The notes under the pieces were generated by a model. It saw only the letters and a program-made list of their open reading frames with translations. It had not been told where the DNA came from and did no database searches. From the human T2T-CHM13v2.0 reference genome, Homo sapiens: 64,000 nucleotides of DNA. Numbering within the stretch: the stretch's first letter is position 1; each line of letters starts with the position of its first letter. The DNA lies in NCBI RefSeq assembly GCF_009914755.1, contig NC_060947.1; one strand, 5' to 3'. The position numbers and the translations under genes are program-made. This document shows positions 1 through 11,489 of this stretch, in pieces.

Positions 1-599
1 TTTTCTGTGTTTTGACTCACTGCCCTTCTAGTCACTGGAGATGCCAGATTCCATGCTCTTTGCAGTTTAGCAGCTACATCTAAGTCCAGAAGTGCTGGGA
101 AGAGCCATCGACTCCAAGGGTTAGATCAGATCAGACTGGTATACTAGGAAGTTACAACAAATGTTATGAGACTTTCTTGGAGTTTAGCCCTCACTTCAAT
201 GAATCCAAGACAATCAAAATTATTAGGAGATGAGATGACATTGGTAGGATCTGGGGAATCTTCACTATTCAATAACAAAATCCAGGAGAAAAGTAGAGCT
301 AAGTGGACCTGGGGAGCCACATAATTTGGATTCCACATAGTTTACTTCTTTCACTATTTATATTAACTAGAAATTACCCATAATATCTGGCTCTGATACT
401 GTAATGTGATATCTCCACTTTTGCACCAACTCACAAAAGATGGTGATAAACAGTGAAAAGATGGTAGTATCAACAGATTGTAAATCCTGTAAATGAATTA
501 CTACTGTAAATTACAGTGGTAATTATCAAAACTTGGATATTAAGATGAGTGACCTATGACACAATAAGATGAAAAAACTGAAACACGATAGAAGAAACA

Positions 600-2788
600 T
601 TTAGTAGGTCAATGTAATAATTCGGGTAAAATATGATGGGAGTTTTGGCCAGGATAGGTAGAAGGTGATGAGAAGTAGCCAGATTCTCAGATTCTAAAGA
701 CATTTTGAAGTAGAGCCTAGCTGAGTTTGGCTGATGAAATGGATAAGAGATGTAAGGGAAAGAGGTGAGTAAATAATAAATCTAAGATTTGTAATTGTCA
801 TTTACTTAAATGGTAAATAATACAGGAGCAACTTTTGGAAAGGAGAAATCAGGAGATTTTGGGGGTATGTTAATACTGAGATGCCTGGAGATCCAAGAGG
901 GAATGCTGAGAAGACAATGGGATGTATGAGTCTTGAATTCAGGGTAGAAGTTTATACTGGAGATAATAAATGTTGTTGCCATTGGCATAGAGATGTAATT
1001 TAAAGCCACAACATAGGTTAATACCATCTAGACATGATGGTGGGTAGATAAAGAATGTTATTAAGGCCTAGGTCACTCTAATTATTAAGGTCAGAGAAAT
1101 GGGGAGGAAACCTTAAAAGCAATTATGCACAAAAAAAACAGAAATCAGAATAAAAAATAATATAGAATAACGTTGTTCTGGAATTAAAATGGAAAAAAAA
1201 TAAATATTTCAAGTTGATGGAAATCATCACCAGTGTCAAATACATAGTATGTCAAGATGGGAACTGAAAGTTAACCATTTCATTTAGGAACATGAATGTC
1301 ATTGATGAACTTGACAATGGTTTTAATGCAAATGTGGATATGAAGTTCTGAGTAGAGTGTATTTAAGGAAAAATTGGAAGAAAGGAAGAGGAGACAGTCT
1401 GTATAGACATTTCTTGTCAGGCATCTGAGCCCAAGATAAGCCATCATATCCCCTGTGACCTGCATATATACATCCAGATGGCCTGAAGCAACTGAAGAAT
1501 CACAAAAGAAGTGAAAATAGTCAGTTCCTGCCTTAACTGTTGACACTCCACCATTGTGATTTGTTCCTGCCCCACCCTAACTGATCAATTAACCTTGTGA
1601 CATTCCTTCTCCTAGACAATGAGTCTCAGAACCTCCTCACTGAACACCTTGTAACCCCTGCCTCTGCCTGCAAGAAAATAACCTCCTTTAACTATAATTT
1701 TCCACTACCTACCCAAATCCTATAAAACTGCCCCACCCCTATCTCCCTTTGCTGACTCCTTTTTTGGACTCAGTCCGCCTTCACCCAGGTGATTAAAAAG
1801 CTTTATTGCTCACACAGAGCCTGTTTGGTGGTCTCTTCGCATGGATGCACATGACATTTCTGTTAAGGAATTTTGCTTTAGTAGAAAGCAAATTCTGGTA
1901 GCTGGAAAAGTGTGGCATTAAATGGGGGTAAATATTATTTTTTATGATTGAAAATAGAACATGCTTGAGTGTTAATACAAATAACCTGACAGAAAATGAA
2001 AATGTATGTGATGCAGAATGGAAAGGAGGAAACTGTGGGAGTGATGACCTTAAATAAGAAAGAGTGGTTGGGACTAAGTGAGCATGCAACAGTTGTTGGC
2101 ATTTGCTGTCCACATGCACAATTCATCCACAGTAGAAGTAGGATGACAGAGTGAATTAGTTCAGATGCAGTTAATCTGATATTTGTGGTGAGATTTGGGG
2201 ATATTTCCTCTGATGATTTTTTTTGTTTTCACCACGTATTATAAACCAAGGACATTAGCTGAGAGTGAAGAGGAAGAGGAATTTTTTCAGAGAATGTGTG
2301 AAATAGTTGTTTAAAGTGTAGAAGAGTGAGTAGATTAGGAAAACAGTATAATTACTAAGAAGTCTTAAGAACCCAATTGGTTTTATGGTTATGAATTTAA
2401 AATGGATCTGTAAGCGTGTTTTTGTTTCTTTTCCTTCAGATAAGTTTGAATTCATGAGTTCAGGCAGATAGATTTAACCAGGCTTGTGGTTTTGCAAAGT
2501 GAGTTAAACAAAATGAAAGAAGGGCAAAGAAGCTAAGTGTACTCAAAGAAGTGATTATTGTAACTGACCATTAAATTTACCCTAGGAAGAAGGAAAGTGA
2601 GAACAAGCGATGGGGAGAAACAGTGAAAATTTCCTAGAATCAACAGATTGTAAATCTTGGTGGAGTAGTATAATTATTGAAACTGGAATATTAAGATGAG
2701 TGGGCTAGAAAAAGTAGATTTAATAATCAGAGACTGGGATGTATAAAGTCAAGATTATGGAGGCATTACATTTGCTGATAATGGTAAG
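600..2788 (-). mobile_element. L2 LINE remnant (antisense), interrupted by LTR7C; boundaries approximate
   Basis: GA-rich L2-type text such as 'gagatgcctggagatccaagagggaatgctgagaagacaatgggatgtatgagtcttgaattcagggtagaag...gagatgtaatttaaagcc' (878-1007); the flanks of both LTR7 insertions continue L2-like sequence. Confidence 0.7.
1415..1856 (+). mobile_element. Solo HERV-H LTR, LTR7C-type
   Basis: Starts TGTCAGG(C)ATCTGAGCCCAAG and ends ...GTGGTCTCTTCGCATGGATGCACATGACA. Perfect 5-bp TSD TTTCT (1410-1414 / 1857-1861). TATAAAA at 1721-1727. 'gacaatgagtctcagaa' and 'gattaaaaagctttattgct' match the LTR7C consensus as recalled. Confidence 0.9.
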
Positions 2789-3252
2789 TGTCAGGTCTCT
2801 GAGCCCAAGCTAAGCCATCATATCCCCTGTGACCTGCACGTATACATCCAGATGGCCTAAAGTAACTGAAGATCCACAAAAGAAGTGAAAATAGCCTTAA
2901 CTGATGACATTCCACAATTGCGATTTGTTTCTTCCCCACCCTAACTGATCAACGTACTTTGTAATCTCCCTGACCCTTAAGAAGGTTCTTTTTAATCTCC
3001 CCCACCCTTAAGAAGGTTCTTTGTAATTCTCCCCACCCTTGAGAATGTACTTTGTGAGATCCACCCTCTGCCTGCAAAACATTGCTCCTAACTCCACGGA
3101 CTATCCCAAATCCTGTAAGAACTAATGGTAATCCCACCACCCTTTGCTGACTCTCTTTTCAGACTCAGCCCACCTGCATCCAGGTGAAATAAATAGCCTT
3201 GTTGCTCACACAAAGCCTGTTTGGTGGTCTCTTCACACGGATGCATGTGACA
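2789..3252 (+). mobile_element. Solo HERV-H LTR, LTR7B-type
   Basis: TGTCAGG...TGTGACA termini, perfect 5-bp TSD GTAAG (2784-2788 / 3253-3257), ~31-bp 'ctttgtaatctcccccacccttaagaaggtt' tandem units in U3 (about 2957-3068), AATAAA in R. Confidence 0.92.
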
Positions 3253-3291
3253 GTAAGGTCTTGGATTTGACAATAAAAACGAGAAACCGAG

Positions 3292-3662
3292 TGTATTAGT
3301 CCATTCTCACACTGCTATAAAGAAATACCCAAGACTGGGTAATTTATAAAGGAAGAGGGTTTAATTGACTCACAGTTCCACATGGCTGGTGAAGTCTTAG
3401 GAAACTTACAATAATGGAGGAAGGCAAAGAGGAAGCGAAGACCTTTTTCACATGGCATCAGGAGGGATCAAAGTGTGCAAAGGAGGAATTTGCCAAACAC
3501 TTATAAAGCCATCAGATCTCATAAGAACTCACTCATTATCACAAGAACAGCATGGGGGAAACTGCCCACGTTTTAATCACCTCCCAACAGGTTTCTCTCT
3601 TAACACCTGGGGATTAAAATTCAAGATGAAATTTGGTTGGGACACAAAGCCTAACCATATCA
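3292..3662 (-). mobile_element. Solo MaLR LTR (THE1D/MSTA-type)
   Basis: TGTATTAGTCCATTCTCACACTGCTATAAAG...AACCATATCA termini; 5-bp TSD CCGAG (3287-3291) / CTGAG (3663-3667), differing by CpG decay. Confidence 0.88.
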
Positions 3663-4012
3663 CTGAGGTGAAACAAAGTACACGTTCACTGAAAAATATT
3701 TCAAGGACCTTTGATAACAGAAGACTGGAAAGATTATCCATAAGAATACAGAACACACAGCAAACCCATGCCAAGTCAGCAATGCATTTTCTTTAGCACT
3801 CTGTACTGTTGTTCTGAGGTAAAAGAACTGTTTCTGAAAATCAAACAAAATATTATAAAAGCTTCACAATCAAACAATTTGAAACAAACCATCAATTTAA
3901 ATGTGCAAATAAATTTTAAAAGAAACATAAAAAAAATTAAAATTGCTATGAATTAGAAGTAGTGCTGGAGAAGTAAAAAAACAAAATATTTCAATGGATA
4001 AGGGATAGTGGA

Positions 4013-4307
4013 TATTAAGGGTTGAATTATGCCCTCACAAAAGACATGTTTAGGTCCTAATACCCAGCATCTCAGTATGTGACCTTGTTTGGAAATAGGG
4101 TTGTTACAGATATAATTAGTTAAGTAAAGGTGAGGTTATACTAGAGTAAGATGGGGCCTCAATACAAAATGACTGAGGTCCTTATAAGAGGAAAAAGACA
4201 CACATGTGGAATAAATGACCTTTTAAAGACAGAGGCAGAGATTAGAGTGATGCTGCTACAAGTCAATCAATACAAGGATTGCCTGCAAACATCAGGAGAT
4301 AGAAGAG
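4013..4307 (+). mobile_element. MLT1 (MLT1B/C-like) MaLR LTR, 3' part cut off by an L1
   Basis: 'gggttgaattatgcc...tgtgaccttgtttggaaatagggt...gtccttataagagg...gacagaggcagagattagagtgatgc' is typical MLT1 LTR text. Confidence 0.75.
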
Positions 4308-5300
4308 CCTTTTAACATGAAATGATGTTGAATTTTATTGAAAGCCTTTTCTGCATGTATTGAGACTATCATGTAGATTTTTTCATTCTTTTTTATGTGA
4401 TGAAGTAAATTTACAATTTGTATATGTTGAAACAACCTTGCATTACAGGAATAAAGCCTACTTGATTGAGCTGGTTTAGCTTCTTGATGTACTACTGTAT
4501 TCTGTTAGGTAATATTTTGTTGAGAAGTTTTGCATCTATATTCATCAAGGATCTTGACGTGAAGTGCTCCTTTTTTTGTGTGTCTCTGCCAGGTTTTGGT
4601 ATCTGAATAAAGCTGGCCTCATAGAATGATTTAGGGAGGAGTCATTCCTCTGCATTTTTTTTTAATAGTTTCAACAGGAATGGTATCAGCTGTTCTTTGT
4701 ACATTTCATAGAATTAGGCTGTGAATCGACCTGGTCCAGGGCTTTTTCTGGTTGTTAGGCATTTTATAACTTATTCAATTTTCAAACTCATTATTGGTGT
4801 ATTCAGGGTTTCAATTTCTTCCTGTTTTAATCTTGGGAGGATGTATGTTTCCAGGAATTCATCCATTTTATGTAGATTTTCTAGTTTGTGTGCATAGAAT
4901 TGATTGTAACAGTCTCTGAGAATTATTTTGTATTTCTGTTGAGTCGGTAATAATGTCATCTTTGTCATTTCTGATTGTGTTTATTTTAGTTCTCTCTTTA
5001 TTAGTCTAGCTAGTGATCTATCAATCATTTATTCTTTCAAAGAAACAACTTCTTATTCCTTTGATTTTTTTATTGTATATATCTCAACTCTCAATTTCAT
5101 TCAATTCAGCTCAGATTTTTGTTATTTCTTGTCTTCTGCCAGCTTTGGGTTTGGTTTGCTCTTTTTTTTTTTTTTTTTTTTGTAGTTTTTGGTGTGATAC
5201 CAGCTTGTTAATTTCAGATCTTTATAACTTTTTGATATGGGCATTTAGTGCTGTAAACTTAACTCTTAACACTGCTTATCTCTGCCCTAGGGATTCTGTT
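4308..5300 (-). mobile_element. L1 ORF2 fragment (old primate L1PA/L1PB class), antisense
   Basis: ORF 4771-4968 ([32 protein letters not shown]) is L1 ORF2p; the reverse complement aligns to about 37000-37970 of the full-length L1 in this window. Confidence 0.85.
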
Positions 5301-5304
5301 ATAT

Positions 5305-5830
5305 CTTTTATTTTTAATTTTAGCTTTTATTTTAGATATGCGGGTACATGTGTAGAATTGTTACATGGGTATATTGGACTCCATTTGTGAGCATAGTACC
5401 CAGTAGCTATTTCTTCAACTCTCACTCCCACTTTCTTCCCTCCTCCCTCTAGTGGTCTAGTAGTTTAGCTCCCACTTATTAGTGAGAGCTAAACTTTGAA
5501 TAAACATGGACATAAACATGGAAAAAACAGAAACTGTGGTCATTCGGTTTTCTGTTCCTGTGTTAATTCATTTAGGACTATGGTCTTTAGCTCCATCCAT
5601 GTTGCTGCAAAGAACATGGTCTCCTCTTTTTATGGATGAATAGTATTCTATGGTGTATATGGACCACACTTCCTTTATCCAATTCACTACTGATAGGCAC
5701 ATAGATTGATTCTATGTATTTGCTATTGTGAATAACACAGTGATGAACATAAAAGTGAGTGTTTTTTTGGTACAATGATCTATATTTTTGGGGGTATATA
5801 TCCAGTTCTGAGATTGCTGATAAGCATTGT
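5305..5830 (-). mobile_element. L1 3' end (L1PA15-16-like), antisense, with internal micro-inversion
   Basis: T-rich tail, then 'gggtacatgtgtagaattgttacatgggtatattg', 'ctccatccatgttgctgcaaagaacatg', 'tttgctattgtgaata' as in L1 3' UTR/ORF2 end. Confidence 0.8.
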
Positions 5831-5985
5831 AGTAGACACCTAGCTGGGCTCATTTACTCCCATCTCTCCCTGTTCCACATGACATGTTGATCTTGAGGCA
5901 CCATTTTATTGGACCATTCCTCACATCTTTAAAAATAGAAATGACATATATTTTTCCAATGAAATTAGCTCAAATTCCTAATGTT

Positions 5986-6056
5986 AATTTTCAAGGTTTT
6001 TTATCAATTAGCATAAAAATTCTCAAGGTTTTTACCAATTAGCAGAAAAATTCTAA
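5986..6056. repeat. ~31-bp tandem duplication (2.2 copies)
   Basis: aattttcaaggttttttatcaattagcataaa / aattctcaaggtttttaccaattagcagaaa / aattct. Confidence 0.8.
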
Positions 6057-6557
6057 GTAATACTTAATGAAACTAAAAACAGGAGAGTCTGTAATGTTAA
6101 TTCCAACTATTCTCCCATGAAGAAACTTATTACATGGTTCATGATAGCACAAGGGAGAGTCTATTAGTAATTGAATAAATAAGTGAGATAAATTGGCTGT
6201 AGTAGGGAGTTGAAAGCAGAGTAACCATTTACAGTAGTCCATTAATGAGTTTATAGCTTCAAAAATCACCTGCATGCAACTTCTATGCATATAGCAGCAT
6301 TCTAAGCATTATAGAAAATACAAAATAGTTCACTGACTGTTAGGTAGTCAAGAACCATCTTAGGGAATAAAGTTAAGAAAAAAGAATAATATCTCAATAA
6401 CCCCTAAGAGGTAATAAAAGTATTAGAAGGAGAGAGAGAGATAGCACCAGATCTGGTTAGGAGAGACTTAGCTTATACAAAGTTTTAGTGGTGACAAATG
6501 AGCAATTTTTCTTGACTGACTACAAAATAGATTAACCTGGTCAGAATAAAAGATTCA

Positions 6558-7595
6558 CAGTCATGAACCACGTAATATCAGTCTGTGATGGACCACATAT
6601 ATGATGATGATTTCATAAGATTATAATGAAGCTGAAAATTCCTATAGCCTGTTGTTTACTATACTGCACTTTTCATCATTATTTACAATGTATTATTGTG
6701 AAAGAGTAACTTATAAAAAATATTACCTGTATAACAGCCTCAGGCAGGTCCTTCAGGAGGTATTTAAGAAGAAGCCATTGTTATCATAGGAGATGACAGC
6801 TTCATGCAAGTAATTGCCCCTGAAAATCTGAGATGTGGAGGTAGAAGACAGTGATATTTATGATTCTGGCTCTGTGTAGGCCTAGGATCAAGTGTATTTT
6901 TGTGTCTTCGTTTATAACAAAAAAAGTTTAAAAACTAATGAAAACATTAAAAATTATTTTTAAAAAGGTTGTAAACAAGCATATAAACAAAGAAAATATT
7001 GTTGTACAGCTATGAGGTGTTTTTGTGTTTGAAGCTAAGTATTATTTTTGATCAGTCAAGGAGTTGAAAAAAATAAAAATTTTATGATGCAAAAAAGTTA
7101 TAGTAAGCCAAGCTTAATTTATTTTCAAGAAAAAACAATATTTTAAATGAACTTAGCACAGCTGAAGTGTTCAATGTTTATAAAGTCTGCAGTTGAATGC
7201 AAACTTAGGCCTTTACATTCACTTACCACTCACTCACTGACTCAACCAGAGCAACTTCTAGTCCTGTGAGTTCCATTCATGCTGAGAGCCTTATACAGAT
7301 GTATCAAATTTAATCTTGTACACTATATTTTGACTCTACCTTTTCTATGCTTAGATATGTTTAGATGTACACATATATATTATTGTGTTACAATTGCCTA
7401 CAGTATTCAGTTCACTAATGTATCATACAGGTTTGTATCCTAGAAGCAATAAGGTATACTCTATAGCTTAGGTGTGTAGTAAGCTATAACATCTAGGTTT
7501 GTGTACATACATTCTACAATATTTATTCAATGAAGAAATTGCCTAAGAATACATTTCTCAGAAATATATTCACTGTTTTAAACAATATGTGATTG
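6558..7595 (+). mobile_element. Tigger3/Golem-derived DNA transposon (Tigger3b-like)
   Basis: Starts CAGTCATG, includes 'ggaccacatatatgatg...cataagattataatgaagctgaaaattcctat', and ends with a degenerate TIR '...catttctcagaaatatattcactgttttaaacaatatgtgattg'. Confidence 0.8.
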
Positions 7596-8233
7596 CAACA
7601 GGCATACCTCAGTTTTTTGTTATTTGCTTTATTGTGCTTCACAGATACTGTGTTTATTAACATTTAAGGTTTGTGGCAATCCTGTATCAAGAAAGCCTAT
7701 TGGTAACAATTTTCCAACATCACTTGCTCACTTTGTGTCTCTGAGTTACATTTTGGCAATTCCCATAATATTTAAAAAATTTTCAGTATTATATCAGCTA
7801 TGGTCATTTATGGTCTCTGATGTTACTATTGTAATTGTTCTGTGGCACCATAAACTGTGGTCACATAAGACAGTAAACTTAATACATAAATGTTGTATGT
7901 GTTCTGACTGCTCCACCTACCAGCATTTCCCCCATCTTTCTCCCTCTTGTCAGGCCTGTCTATACCTTGAGACACAACAATATTTAAATTAGGCCAATTA
8001 ATAACCCTACAATGACATGTAAGTATTCACGTCAAATAGAGTTTCATGTCTCTCACTTTAAATCAAAAGGTAGAAAGTGATTAGACTTAATAAAGAAGGC
8101 ACTTCAAAAATCAAAATAGGCTGAAAACTAGGCATCTTGCACTAAATAATGAGCCAAGTTGCGAATGCAAAGTAAAAGTTACTGGAGAAAATTAGAAGTG
8201 TTACTCCAGTAAAAATCTGAATGGTAAGAAAGT

Positions 8234-8564
<331 letters not shown>

Positions 8565-9350
8565 TCAAAGACAAACCAGCCACAAAATTCGCTTAGGCAA
8601 AAGCCCAATCCAGAGCAAGGCCCTAACACTCTTTAATTCTATGAAAAATGAGAGAGGTGAGGATGTTATGGTAGGAAAGTTTGAAGCTAGTAGAGGTTGG
8701 TTCATGAGGTTGAAGGAAATAAGCCATTTTCATAACACAAAAATGCAAGGTGAATCAGCAAATCCTGACGGAGAAGCTGCAGCAAGTTATCTGGAAGACC
8801 TAGCTAGGATAATTGAAGAAGGTGGCTATACTAAACAACAGATTTTCATTGTAGACAAAAACAGCCTTCTGCTGGAAGATGATGACATCTAGGACTTTCA
8901 TAGCTGGAGAAAGGAAGTCAATGCCTGACTTCAAAGCTTTAATAGACAAGGTGACTCTCTTGTTAGTGGCTAATGCAGCTGGTGAATTTAAATTTAAGTC
9001 AGTGCTCATCTACTATTCTGAAAATCCTAGGGTATTTAAAAATTATGCTAATTATACTCTGCCTGTCCTCTATAAATGGAGTGGCAAAACCTGGATGAGA
9101 GAACATCTGTTTACCGTATGGTTTACTTAATATGTTAAGCCCGCTGTTGAGACCTACTGCTCAGAAATAAAGATTTCATTCAAAATATTACTGTTCACTG
9201 ACAATTCACCTAGTCAACCTAGAACTCTGATGAAAATTTGCAAGGAGATTAATGTAGTTTTCATGCCTGTTAACACAATATCCATTCTGTAGCCCTAGAT
9301 CAATGAATGTTTTTGACTTCCAAGACTTATTTAAGAAAAGCATTTCATAA

Positions 9351-9521
<171 letters not shown>

Positions 9522-9864
9522 TTACATAGGGCTATATCTGCCATTGGCAATGATTCCTCTGATAGATCTGGGCAATTCCTTCTGGAAAGAAAATCACCAT
9601 TCAAGATACAAATTAAGAACATTTGTGATTCATGGAAGGTCAAAATATCTACATTAACAGAAGTTTGGAATAAGATAATTCCAACCTTCATGAATGACTT
9701 CAATGGATTCAACACTTCTATAGAGAAAGTAATATAAATATGGTGGGAATAGCAAGATAAATAAAATTAGAAGTGGAGCTTAAAGATGGAACTAAATTAC
9801 TGCAGTCTCATGATAAAACTTGGATGGATGAGCACTCGCTTTTTATGAATAAACAAATAAATTG

Positions 9865-11197
9865 CTCCCTCTCCCTCTCCCTCTCCCTATCCCCTCTTTC
9901 CACGGTCTCCCTCTGATGCCAAGCTGAGGCTGGACTGTACTGCCGCCATCTCGGCTCACTGCAACCTCCCTGCCTGATTCTCGTGCCTCAGGCTGCCGAG
10001 TGCCTGGGATTGCAGGCGCACGCCGCCACGCCTGACTGGTTTCCATAATTTTTTGGTGGAGACGGGGTTTCGCTGTGTTGGCCGGGCTGTTCTCCAGCTC
10101 CTAACCGCGAGTGATCTGCCAGCCTCGGCCTCCCGAGGTGCCGGGATTGCAGATGGAGTCTCGTTCACTCAATGCTCAATGTTACCCAGGCTGGAGTGCA
10201 GTGGCGTGATCTCGGCTCACTACAACCTCCACCTCCCAGCCGCCTGCCTTGGCCTCCCAAAGTGCCGAGATTGCAGCCTCTGCCCGGCCACCACCCCGTC
10301 TGGGAAGTGAGGAGCGTCTCTGCCTGGCCGCCCATCATCTGGGATGTGAGGAGCCCCTCTGCCCGGCTGCCCAGTCTGGGAAGTGAGGAGTGCCTCTTCC
10401 CGGCCGCCATCCCATCTAGGAAGTGAGGGGCGTCTCTGCCCGGCCGCCCATCATCTGAGATGTGGTGAGTGCCTCTGCCCCGCTGCCCCATCTGGGATGT
10501 GAGGAATGCCTCTGCCTAGCCGTGACCCCATCTGGGAGGTGAGGAGCGTCTCTGCCCGGCTGCCCAGTCTGAGAAGTGAGGAGCCCCTCCGCCCTGCAGC
10601 CGCCCCGTCTGGGAGGTGTACCCAACAGCTCATTGAGAGCGGGCCATGATGACAATGGCAGTTTTGTCGAGTAGAGAGGGGGGAAATGTGGGGAGGGGAT
10701 GGAGAGGTCGGATTGTTGCTGTGTCTGTGTAGAGGGAAGTAGACATAGGATACTCCATTTTGTTCTGTACTAAGAAAAATTCTTCTGCCTTGGGATGCTG
10801 TTAATCTATAACCTTACCCCCAACCCTGTGCTCTCTGAAACAAGTGCTGTGTCCACTCAGGGTTAAATGGATTAAGGGCGGTGCAAGATGTGCTTTGTTA
10901 AACAGATGCTTGAAGGCAGCATGCTCATTAAGAGTCATCACCACTCCCTAATCTCAAGTACCCAGGGACACAAACACTGCGGAAGGCTGCAGGGTCCTCT
11001 GCCTAGGAAAACCAGAGACCCTTGTTCACTTGTTTATCTGCTGATCTTCCCTCCACTATTGTCCTATGACCCTGCCAAATCCCCCTCTGCGAGAAACACC
11101 CAAGAATGATCAATAAATACTAAAAAAAATAAAAAAATAAAAATAAAATAAAATAAATAAAAATCAAGAGGGGGAAGATTAAAAAAAACAAACAAAC
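9865..11197 (+). mobile_element. Full-length SVA retrotransposon (SVA_B/C-like, short VNTR)
   Basis: (CTCCCT)x4 hexamer, antisense Alu-like region, VNTR about 10275-10618, SINE-R (HERV-K LTR5-derived) to AATAAA at 11112, A-tail; perfect 14-bp TSD AAACAAATAAATTG (9851-9864 / 11198-11211). Confidence 0.95.
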
Positions 11198-11489
11198 AAA
11201 CAAATAAATTGATTTTTGCAGGGATAGAGTCCACTCCTGGTGAAGATGCTGTGAACTTGGTTGAAATGACAGCACCTGATTTAGAAGATTACAGAAACTT
11301 AGTTGATAAAACAGTGCCAAGGTTTGAGATGATCAACTAAAACTTTGAAAGAAGTTCTGTTGTGGGGATGATGCTATCAAAAATCACTGCATGTTACAGA
11401 GAAAATTTTTTATGAAAGAAAGAGTCAATTAATATGGCAAACATAATTGTCTCATTTTAAGAAATTGACATATTTTTTGTCTGGGACCA

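Noticed and set aside
1415-3252. LTR7C and LTR7B as the two LTRs of one deleted HERV-H provirus
   Set aside because: Different U3 types, each has its own perfect TSD, and the spacer is L2-like with no primer-binding site.
9843-11109. Cluster of overlapping ORFs on both strands
   Set aside because: All are translations of SVA Alu-like, VNTR and SINE-R sequence.
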